A stretch of DNA of 64,000 bases, from IMG/VR virus record IMGVR_UViG_2901984674_000003, one strand, 5' to 3'. Source of the DNA: a virus. Taxonomy: Duplodnaviria; Heunggongvirae; Uroviricota; Caudoviricetes. The notes under the pieces were generated by a model, which was not told where the DNA came from, made no database searches, and worked only from the letters and a program-made list of their open reading frames with translations. Made by a program: the position numbers and the translations under genes. Numbering within the stretch: the stretch's first letter is position 1; every line of letters starts with the position of its first letter. Positions 37,098 to 44,836 of the stretch are shown here, one piece after another.

Positions 37098-37222
37098 GAG
37101 GACGCTTGTTCTCGACAGCTTGGTAAAAATCTCTAGCCTCTACGGTGTTAGCTAGTTAATCTAGCAATAAAGCATTGCAAGCATGGAGAGTTCCCAGGAA
37201 GCTTATGTCAAAATTAAATATA
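37098..37222 (+). ncRNA. Scaffold S6
   Basis: GAGGACGCTTGTTCTCGACAGCTTGGTAAAAATCTCTAGCCTCTACGG...GAGTTCCCAGGAAGCTTATG. It is closest to S1. Confidence 0.55.
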
Positions 37223-37380
37223 GGTTCTAAACCTAGTTGAATTGACGTAGGTGTAAGACCTTAGATTTTTAGGAGTTGTTGTTCTGAACCTAATTGAATT
37301 AGCATAGGTATAAGACGAGGCTGTCTATTTGCTAATTAAATAATAAGTTTTGAACTTAGTTAAATGGCACAAGCAAAGAC
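37223..37380 (+). CRISPR. CRISPR-like array A6: 3 repeats (37, 36 and 34 nt) with 21- and 30-nt spacers
   Basis: GGTTCTAAACCTAGTTGAATTGACGTAGGTGTAAGAC, GTTCTGAACCTAATTGAATTAGCATAGGTATAAGAC and GTTTTGAACTTAGTTAAATGGCACAAGCAAAGAC. Confidence 0.65.
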
Positions 37381-37645
37381 AGGTCATATATTCGTTAATT
37401 TAAATATAATATCAAAATTCCAATCCATAGCTAAATCCAGCTGTGGATCAAGCTTTTTTATTGACAATTGAATGAAAAATAGTAATAATGTAATTGCAGG
37501 TAGAAATACACTGACTACTTTATGCAATGTCGACATGCACGAGGCACCTAGTTGATAGGTGTTTTTTATTTGTTTTTATAAACCTGCCACAATAATAATA
37601 ACCAAACTAAAAGCCACATCTACTTTAGGTGTGGCTCAAATTCTT

Positions 37646-37906
37646 TTATAATAGTTCTTTTAAAATTTCGTATTTTTTCTTTTCTTCATCGCTTAGTTGA
37701 ACTCTTTTTACTAGCTCATCTAGGACTTCGTAATTAAACTTCAATCCCCAGATTTGTTTCAAGAATTTAATTTCTCTTAGAGTGCTAGTGCTGACTTTAG
37801 TGTTTATCAGCTTTTGTTTTTCCTTGGACTTAGCGATTTTTTCATCAATATTACTTTTGTTTGATTGGTAGTTTTTACCAATCTTTGATTCTAGGATTCC
37901 AGCCAT
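37646..37906 (-). CDS. Small protein downstream of parA, possibly the cognate centromere-binding partner
   Basis: 86-aa ORF whose start overlaps the parA stop; function inferred from position only. Confidence 0.35.
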   Translation of the reverse strand: MAGILESKIGKNYQSNKSNIDEKIAKSKEKQKLINTKVSTSTLREIKFLKQIWGLKFNYEVLDELVKRVQLSDEEKKKYEILKELL

Positions 37907-37908
37907 AG

Positions 37909-38826
37909 TTAGTCTTCCCCTTCTTCATAAAATAAAATTTTGCTAATCAATTCGTTGGCCACAACTTCATACTCATCTAAGACGTACTTGTCGAAACGAT
38001 CTGATGTACCTACCCCTTGAATAGGGAATCGTTTCATACGTGACATATTAGGTAAGACGTGCTTAAAGACGACTTCATCGCTAAACAGTTCAATTGCACG
38101 TTTAAGCACGAGCTTGTCTACCGTGTTTCTAGGATCGTTTAGAGTAGCGAGTACACCAACGACTTCAACAGGTAGGTCGTACTTTTGTTTCAAGTCTACT
38201 AAAGCTGAGATATAAAGGTTAGCCCCAGCCAGTGAGTCATCTTGAGTTTGTAAGCTGATTAAAACGTAGTCGGTCATAACCACAGCGTTAGATCTAATTT
38301 CCTTGTTGGAAGGTGGAGTATCTAACACAATGAAATCATACTTTGGTTTAATGTCTGCAAACAGTGGTTCTAAGACGTGATCAAAGCTAAAATCATCTTT
38401 AGCCCCAGAGTTTAAGTAAACGTATCTAGCAAAGTCTTCAAACGAGTCGTCAGAAGGTACAATATCAAGGTTGTCAATGATGTTGATAATAGTATCTTCG
38501 ATGTTTTTTTCAAGGATAGCGTCAAGTAGGGTTTTGTTAAAACTAAAATCTTTTTCAAGCCCTTGTTCTTGTGCTTGACGCATACCAGTATTAATAAGCA
38601 TTTTAGTTGCGTTAGCTTGAGGGTCAAGGTCAACAACTAGCACTTTAAAACCTTTTTTAGCTAACAGGTAAGCCAAGATAACGGAACTAGCGGTTTTACC
38701 AACACCGCCTTTTTGGTTACCGATCGTGAGGCTAAAGGCTTGTTTACGAGCTTTGATTAAAGCTGATAACTTCTTGTCATTTTTGTTCATTTTAATTACC
38801 TCAAAATTATTTTCTCTACAATACAT
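37909..38826 (-). CDS. parA: ParA/Soj-family partition ATPase
   Basis: Deviant Walker A KGGVGKT in IGNQKGGVGKTASSVILAYLLA...VLVVDLDPQANAT. Confidence 0.8.
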   Translation of the reverse strand: MYCRENNFEVIKMNKNDKKLSALIKARKQAFSLTIGNQKGGVGKTASSVILAYLLAKKGFKVLVVDLDPQANATKMLINTGMRQAQEQGLEKDFSFNKTLLDAILEKNIEDTIINIIDNLDIVPSDDSFEDFARYVYLNSGAKDDFSFDHVLEPLFADIKPKYDFIVLDTPPSNKEIRSNAVVMTDYVLISLQTQDDSLAGANLYISALVDLKQKYDLPVEVVGVLATLNDPRNTVDKLVLKRAIELFSDEVVFKHVLPNMSRMKRFPIQGVGTSDRFDKYVLDEYEVVANELISKILFYEEGED

Positions 38827-39059
38827 TTTAGCAACTTATGGCATAAGATACAATGGAAAAATGCTACTTTTTATATACATATCTAAATGAATTAAGCTAC
38901 AAAAACATTTGGAGCTAAGTTACTCCAAACATTAAGCACTTGATTTAGCATACTTTTTGTAAACTATTTTTAACGAAATTTTCCAACCCTTAAGCTCCTC
39001 TTCATGATAGAATTGTATTATAGATTTCTTCAAGAACGAAGGTGGTGTAACTGTTATCA

Positions 39060-39311
39060 CGAGAAAAGCTAATCAAAGATGTAAGCAAAGATACTGGGCT
39101 TGATCCTGATGTTGTTGCAACAATCCTACAGTCTTACGACAAACATATCCAAGAGGGTGTACTAAACGGCGAGATTGTGTATCTAGGAATGCTGGGCAAA
39201 CTTCGGTTAAAAAAGCTTGCAAGTGGCTCTAAGGTAAGGATTAGTGCGAGTCCTTATTTTAGAAAAGAAATACAAAATGCAACTCTTAGTCAACGTAAGG
39301 GGGAAGAATAG
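39060..39311 (+). pseudogene. HU/IHF-like DNA-binding protein remnant with no in-frame start
   Basis: The frame encodes LIKDVSKDTGLDPDVVATILQSYDKHIQEGVLNGEIVYLGMLGKLRLKK...SPYFRKEIQ, which follows the HU fold order. A stop lies 12 nt upstream, and continuity with the upstream RBS-proximal frame would need a shift at the A4 run at 39064-39067. Confidence 0.3.
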
Positions 39312-39316
39312 ATGCA

Positions 39317-40276
39317 ATGAACAATTTACTTTTTGATGAACGTCCCTTAGTGATTTTACCATCGTTAGCCGTAGCTTTAGGCGACTTAGATGAAGCTGCG
39401 ATCTTACAGCAAATTCACTATTGGACGCAAAAGAATATGAATGTTGTTGACGGTTATAGCTGGGTTTATAACAGCATGGACGAATGGCAAAAACAGTTTC
39501 CATGGTTGTCAAAACGAAGCTTGGATAGAAAGTTCAAAAAACTCAAAGAAAAAAACTTGCTTGTAATCGAGAACCATAACAAAAAGAAGTTTGATAAGAC
39601 TAACTGGTATCGAATAAACTACGAAGAATTAAGTAAACTAAGTAGTTCTATGGCAGTTAGTAGTGTTAATCCAGCTGCTGAAGCTAAACCTGAAGTCCAA
39701 GCTGAAGCAAAAGCTGAAACTAAAGATAATCAAGTTAAAACTTCGGCCAAAACTAAAACTGAAACTAAAGCTAAAGCTGAGCCAAACGCTAATACAAAAG
39801 ATAAGTACAACTTTGATTACGCTAAGTTTATTGATTGGTTCAACGAAGTCACAGGTAAAAAATTCCGTGATACCGAAGATAAACGCAAGTTAATCAGAGC
39901 TAGGTTAAGCGAAGGCTTTAGCGAAGATGACTTTTATTTAATCACTAGGTTCAAGGCAGACGAATGGAAGGATAACGATAAGATGAAGCGCTATTTGAAG
40001 CCTGATACCTTGTTTATACCTAAGCATTTTGACAACTATTTGCAAGACGCTAAAGAATGGGAAGAAAAGCAAGCTAAGAAGCAAGCTAGAAAAAAGGTTA
40101 AGCCAAAGCCTAAGAAAAACGATGAACCAGATATTAGTGAAAACGATCGAAGTATTTTGGCTTACGTTGAAGAAAACCCAGATGTACTAAAAACTGACGA
40201 AGTAATAAGAAAGGAAGTCGAGCGTATTGAAAGAGCTAGAGCTAAGAGTCGCAGCAGTACTATTAAATCGGCCTGA
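39317..40276 (+). CDS. Replication initiator / replisome organiser (DnaD-like C-terminal domain) with a KAEAK-type repeat linker
   Basis: N-terminal winged-helix-like LVILPSLAVALGDLDEAAILQQIHYW, a central AEAKPEVQAEAKAETK repeat region, and a C-terminal YDFDYAKFIDWFNEVTGKKF...LKPDTLF domain typical of phage/plasmid DnaD-like initiators. It sits upstream of dnaB. Confidence 0.55.
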   Translation: MNNLLFDERPLVILPSLAVALGDLDEAAILQQIHYWTQKNMNVVDGYSWVYNSMDEWQKQFPWLSKRSLDRKFKKLKEKNLLVIENHNKKKFDKTNWYRINYEELSKLSSSMAVSSVNPAAEAKPEVQAEAKAETKDNQVKTSAKTKTETKAKAEPNANTKDKYNFDYAKFIDWFNEVTGKKFRDTEDKRKLIRARLSEGFSEDDFYLITRFKADEWKDNDKMKRYLKPDTLFIPKHFDNYLQDAKEWEEKQAKKQARKKVKPKPKKNDEPDISENDRSILAYVEENPDVLKTDEVIRKEVERIERARAKSRSSTIKSA

Positions 40277-41459
40277 ATTATTAGAAGCAAACTACGTTGA
40301 CCCTAAGTGGTTTGAAAGCTTTAACGTCAGGTGTGTAATAGACGCTTTATGTACGCTAGACCCAAACGAACGCTCATTGATTAATGTTTTCAATGAAGTT
40401 CAAAGCAAAAGCACAATTAAATATTCTGACTTGATTAAACTACAAGGAATGTCTATTACTAGCGCTAATCTAAGCAGTGATCTTAAGTCTATACATAAAG
40501 CTTATGCTGAACGAAACTTAGAACTTGGTATGCAAGCCTATCAAAACTCAAAAACTAAACAAGAGTTAGACAATTTATCAAACGCAATTACAGAGCTAAC
40601 TAGAGTTGATGAAGAAGAAGATAATGGTGAGTTAGACGAGGCGATTGAAGAATTGAAAGTTCGCCTAACTACTAATCAACCAGTTGGTGTTAAGAGTTAT
40701 CCTAAGCTAGATGAACTTTTAGCTGGAGGATTGTATGGATCTATGCTTTTTACAATCGGTGCTAGGCCAAGTGTTGGTAAGACAGCTTATGCAGTGAACC
40801 TTGCCTACCAAATCCTAGAGCGAGATCCAGAAGTCCAAGTTGACTTTTTTACCCTAGAAATGAACAAACGTGAGATGCTCAATCGTTTCATTTCACGTCA
40901 AGCTAAAGTATCAAGCATGAGATTGAAAAACCCTTCAAATGAACTAACCTTAGCAATCACTAGACTTATAAGCGATGGCATTAACTGGGTTAGAAACCAC
41001 AAACTAAGAATTTACGACCGTATCTTAAACCTCAGCGGAATTGTTAATGTAATTAGGAAAAACGCTGCTAAGTCTAAGCCTAATAAATATGTAGCCATCG
41101 TTGATTATATCGGTTTAGTTAAGGTTAACAGTCGCCAAGATCGCTGGATTCAAGTAGGTCAAATTACACGAGAACTTAAGATCTTGGCTAACGAGTATAA
41201 CATACCGATTGTAGCTTTGGCTCAATTAAATCGTGGGGTCGAAAGTAGACAGGTCAAAGAACCAATGCTATCTGACCTTAGAGAATCAGGCTCAATTGAA
41301 CAGGATAGTAACGTAGTTGCCTTCTTGTATCGACCTGACGAAGATGATAGGTCAGTAGTTAAATTATCCATTAAAAAGAACCGTGAAGGTCAACTTGGAG
41401 ATATTAGTTATTACTTTGAAGGACAATACATGTTGTTTAAAGAAGTAGATACTGAATAA
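40227..41459 (+). CDS. dnaB: DnaB-family replicative helicase
   Basis: Walker A GARPSVGKTAYAVNLA, FTLEMN, IVDYIGLV, ALAQLNRGVESRQ and SDLRESGSIEQDSNVVAFLYR. Confidence 0.75.
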   Translation: MKELELRVAAVLLNRPELLEANYVDPKWFESFNVRCVIDALCTLDPNERSLINVFNEVQSKSTIKYSDLIKLQGMSITSANLSSDLKSIHKAYAERNLELGMQAYQNSKTKQELDNLSNAITELTRVDEEEDNGELDEAIEELKVRLTTNQPVGVKSYPKLDELLAGGLYGSMLFTIGARPSVGKTAYAVNLAYQILERDPEVQVDFFTLEMNKREMLNRFISRQAKVSSMRLKNPSNELTLAITRLISDGINWVRNHKLRIYDRILNLSGIVNVIRKNAAKSKPNKYVAIVDYIGLVKVNSRQDRWIQVGQITRELKILANEYNIPIVALAQLNRGVESRQVKEPMLSDLRESGSIEQDSNVVAFLYRPDEDDRSVVKLSIKKNREGQLGDISYYFEGQYMLFKEVDTE

Positions 41460-41474
41460 GAAAGAGGGACGTAA

Positions 41475-42107
41475 ATGAGTATTTTTGATATTGATGACAT
41501 TACAAAAAATTCAGACGTGGCTAGAAGTCGTTTTATTGTTGAAACATTGGCTAATAAAATCACTGATCAAGCTAAACTAGCTGCTGAGTTAGGTTTATAC
41601 GAAATCGAGATCAACTATCACAAACTTTGGTTTAGCATTGATGATTACAGCTTAGGCAAACAAAGAATAGACTTGTATGAACTAGACTTAGATTCTTTTG
41701 TCGAACCATTGTATGACGAAGTTATTTCAAGAGGTTTTACTATGAGCTTTACACAAAGTTCGTTTGTAGGTGGCAAGCAAACTTTTGTTGTCAGCTGGAA
41801 AGAGCCTAAAGAACTAGTTAGGGTTGGTGTTTTTGTTCCAGCTTTGAAAATCAAGGAAACGGCTGATAAAAACAAAGATAGACAAGAGCTGGTTAATGAG
41901 TTGAACCAAGAGTTCATCAACTTTGCCTTAGTCGATCAAGGTGAAATTGCGGTAACCTTACACTTTGACTTTTTTGAAGGTGCAACTGATGAGAGTAGTG
42001 TGGTTAGACACCCACTCTACCGTTACATCAAAAAATATGAAGATAACCTAGACATTAGCGTTGAAGATAATGAATTGGTTGAAGTTAGGTACACAGATGA
42101 TGACTAG
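41475..42107 (+). CDS. Hypothetical acidic protein
   Basis: 210-aa ORF. Confidence 0.45.
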   Translation: MSIFDIDDITKNSDVARSRFIVETLANKITDQAKLAAELGLYEIEINYHKLWFSIDDYSLGKQRIDLYELDLDSFVEPLYDEVISRGFTMSFTQSSFVGGKQTFVVSWKEPKELVRVGVFVPALKIKETADKNKDRQELVNELNQEFINFALVDQGEIAVTLHFDFFEGATDESSVVRHPLYRYIKKYEDNLDISVEDNELVEVRYTDDD

Positions 42108-42116
42108 AAGAAAGAA

Positions 42117-42332
42117 GTGTTAGACATGAAAGATAGAACAGGCGATGTGTTGATTGCATTTTTACTTGTAATATTATTTTTCGCTTTCATTGCAGTTGAA
42201 TGGGACTATATAGGCAAAATTATTTTTGCTTTACTCTTCGGCTCATCTTTTCTTTTGCCTAGTATGTGGATCGTTATCTTTGTTGCGACAATTACTTTCA
42301 TTTTTCTGCAAAAGGTTGCTGTAAATGAATAA
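42117..42332 (+). CDS. Small membrane protein (2 TM)
   Basis: 71-aa hydrophobic ORF. Confidence 0.4.
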   Translation: MLDMKDRTGDVLIAFLLVILFFAFIAVEWDYIGKIIFALLFGSSFLLPSMWIVIFVATITFIFLQKVAVNE

Positions 42333-42349
42333 GGTAACGTACAAAGATT

Positions 42350-42633
42350 TGCTAGAGCGTTATGGTACGCGTCAACAGAACCACCGACTAAAGTAGGTGG
42401 CTTGTAGAAATACAAGTTGGTTGATTAGCCTAAGTTTTAAGTAACTACGTTAGGGTTGAATAGATAGGTACTTTGGAATACCACCCTAGTTCCAAACACT
42501 ACGGTTGATTATTAAACAGAGTTGAGTTCAGACTCAGTGTAATTAACATTAAACCAACCTATAACATTGGCGAAGGGTACACACGTACCAACTCTATGTT
42601 AGGTGCGAATTACGATTGAAAGGAGCTGGCATA
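42350..42633 (+). ncRNA. IscB omega-RNA (copy A): a guide-position flank plus about 250-nt scaffold immediately upstream of iscB
   Basis: The scaffold begins CGTCAACAGAACCACCGACTAAAGTAGGTGG. It is homologous to the orphan copy at 22094 and to the fragment at 2017-2047. IscB omega-RNAs are encoded 5' of the ORF. Confidence 0.6.
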
Positions 42634-43992
42634 ATGTCAGAAATTAAAAAAGTTGATTATATTTATGTAGTAGACTCCAACGGTACACCACTCATGCCAA
42701 CTTCAAGATTAGGCATGGTTCGCCGTTGGTTAAAAACAGGTCAAGCAAGATGGTTCGGAAATAGTCGTAAGACTATCCAATTTGTTAGACCTGTTACTAC
42801 AAATATTCAAAAATTAACACTAGGAGTAGATGCTGGCTTTCACTTAGGTTTATCCGTTGTAGGTAATCAACGTGAATATTATGCAGCTGAAAGCTTAAGA
42901 AAGTCAGAAAAAGATCGAATTACTAGCCGAAGAGAGTTAAGAAGAACTAGAAGGAATCGTTTAAGATACCGTAAGGCTAGATTTGATAATCGCAGACGCA
43001 AAGACGGTTGGTTAGCTCCTAGTATTCAACATAGATTAGATTTTACAATTAAAGAAATCAAACGCTTATATACGTTTTTGCCAATTACTAACTTAGTGGT
43101 TGAAGTTACACCGTTTGACAACCAAAAACTACTAAATCCAAGCATTAAAAGCTGGCAGTATCAAAAAGGCAAGATGTATGGCTTTAAGACCATTAAAGAT
43201 TACTTACTAGCTAGAGATAATTATCGTGATGCTTTAGATGGCAAACAATATCCAGCTAGTAAATTAAGAGTCCATCACTTAGTACAAAGAAAAGATGGTG
43301 GATCTAATCAGCCAGATAATTTGGTTTTACTGTCAGATGTTAATCATAATCAAGCTAATCACAATAACGGTGTCTTGGCTAAATTAAGACAAAATCGCCA
43401 AAAAAGCATCGATTATCGTGGAGCTTATTTTATGAGTATTTTAGCAACAAGATTAAGTGATTATTTTGATGAATATACAACAACTCAAGGTTATCTAACG
43501 GCTAATTTAAGACAAAAGTATCGAATTGGAAAATCGCACTTAAATGATGCGTTTATTATTGCTGGTGGAACTGATGTAACACTTAGAACAAGCAACGTTT
43601 ACTCAAGGCAAAAACTAAGAAACAACAATCGAAGTTTACAGAAGTTCTATGATGCTAAATATATTGATCGTCGTGATGGTAAACAAAAAACTGGTAAAGA
43701 GTTAAGTTCAGGTAGAACTAGACGTTCAAGAGAGCTTAATTACACCAATTTAAGACAATTTAGAAAAGAAAAAGTTAAAAAAGGTCGTGTTTCGATTAGA
43801 AGAAATCACTACCAATTAAGACCACATGATGTTGTGTTAAATACCAAAACTAACAGAATTGAAAGAGTTAAAAGTGTTAATAGTAGAGGAAAAAACGTTA
43901 TTCTTCAAACTGGTAAATCTAGCACAGTTAAAAACATTGTTAGCTTATATCATGTAAATGGAATGTTAGAAACGAAAGTGGAAAATATTTAG
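42634..43992 (+). CDS. iscB: IscB-family RNA-guided nuclease (RuvC-HNH; Cas9-ancestor type), 453 aa
   Basis: ATG 42634 after an AAAGGAG RBS (the track uses TTG 42616). The ORF has an N-terminal PLMP-like segment (VVDSNGTPLMPTSRLGMVRRWLKTGQARW), RuvC-I (GVDAGFHLGLSVVG), an Arg-rich bridge helix (RRELRRTRRNRLRYR), RuvC-II (VVEVTPFDN), an HNH-like insert (RVHHLVQRKDGGSNQPDNLVLLSDVNHNQANH, with the Cys ligands absent) and RuvC-III (SHLNDAFIIAGG). Confidence 0.8.
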   Translation: MSEIKKVDYIYVVDSNGTPLMPTSRLGMVRRWLKTGQARWFGNSRKTIQFVRPVTTNIQKLTLGVDAGFHLGLSVVGNQREYYAAESLRKSEKDRITSRRELRRTRRNRLRYRKARFDNRRRKDGWLAPSIQHRLDFTIKEIKRLYTFLPITNLVVEVTPFDNQKLLNPSIKSWQYQKGKMYGFKTIKDYLLARDNYRDALDGKQYPASKLRVHHLVQRKDGGSNQPDNLVLLSDVNHNQANHNNGVLAKLRQNRQKSIDYRGAYFMSILATRLSDYFDEYTTTQGYLTANLRQKYRIGKSHLNDAFIIAGGTDVTLRTSNVYSRQKLRNNNRSLQKFYDAKYIDRRDGKQKTGKELSSGRTRRSRELNYTNLRQFRKEKVKKGRVSIRRNHYQLRPHDVVLNTKTNRIERVKSVNSRGKNVILQTGKSSTVKNIVSLYHVNGMLETKVENI

Positions 43993-44096
43993 TTTATTTA
44001 GGTAAACTAGGACTTATATCACACGACTAAAGTCGTAGGTTTTACGTCCATTTGTAATAAACAAGCTGGTCTAATGCAGGTTGAAAGGAAGGTCAA

Positions 44097-44414
44097 GTGA
44101 TGACAAGTATTACTTATGGAGGGAGTAAGTATATCTATGTTGGCACAAGACATAGGTTAACCAAAAAAATAGAATACTATGTCGATCCTGAACCAAGAGT
44201 GGACGATAGTATGGACGTAACTAACTGGCGATACGAAATACTAACTGTTATAAGATACCGATGGTTAGTACGAAAACTATCTCAATATGCAAAAGTTCAA
44301 TATCATATAGGCTTGTATTTTATCTCTTCTGTACATAAACTGTCTGAAAAGCAGTTATTAGAAAAAGCCAAATGGGCTGGCACGAGCGTTGGTTATTGCA
44401 TTAGAGTTTTGTAG
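44097..44414 (+). CDS. Hypothetical small protein, paralogue 1 of a tandem pair
   Basis: YGGSKYIYVGTRHRLTKKIEYYVDPEPRV...WRYEILTV aligns with YRGKQWSYVGTRHMLLKKVECYVNTKPGV...WQFDILIV of the next ORF. Confidence 0.45.
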   Translation: MMTSITYGGSKYIYVGTRHRLTKKIEYYVDPEPRVDDSMDVTNWRYEILTVIRYRWLVRKLSQYAKVQYHIGLYFISSVHKLSEKQLLEKAKWAGTSVGYCIRVL

Positions 44415-44446
44415 ATAAGAATGATAAGCAACTTGGTAGAAAGGAG

Positions 44447-44821
44447 ATGTTTTTACAATATATGAAAACGAAAAAGAACAAAGATATAGTCTACAGAGGT
44501 AAGCAATGGTCATATGTTGGTACAAGGCACATGTTGCTGAAAAAGGTTGAATGCTACGTCAATACAAAACCTGGAGTAAGACAGGATCGTGATGGTACAA
44601 GTTGGCAATTCGATATTCTAATTGTTGAAAAAGATAGATGGTTCTTGCATTTGATATTTGAAAATATGGGAACTCATTACTTTAATCTCAATTACATATC
44701 AACACCACAACAATCTCAACCAATTTCTAAAAATAAGATAGTTAGGGTTGCTAAGATATGGTTTGACAATGCGGAAAAGTACGGAAAAAGATCTAATACC
44801 AATTGGAACGATTTAATTTAG
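44447..44821 (+). CDS. Hypothetical small protein, paralogue 2
   Basis: See the previous entry. Confidence 0.45.
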   Translation: MFLQYMKTKKNKDIVYRGKQWSYVGTRHMLLKKVECYVNTKPGVRQDRDGTSWQFDILIVEKDRWFLHLIFENMGTHYFNLNYISTPQQSQPISKNKIVRVAKIWFDNAEKYGKRSNTNWNDLI

Positions 44822-44836
44822 AAAGGATTTGGTTAA

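Noticed and set aside
21637-37380. Arrays as tandem IS200/605 right-end duplications rather than CRISPR-like arrays
   Set aside because: It is not fully excluded. The strict 36+30-nt periodicity, unique unrelated spacers and polarised repeat decay fit array biology better than serial IS-end insertion, which would carry longer and more variable end segments.
37597-37625. Hairpin AGCCACAtctactttaggTGTGGCT downstream of the small ParB-like gene
   Set aside because: It is probably a bidirectional terminator, but the T-run is weak on both strands, so it is not listed as a feature.
39663-39893. 76-aa ORF rich in KLKL repeats
   Set aside because: It is an alternate-frame reading of the AEAKPEVQAEAK repeat linker inside the replication-initiator gene.
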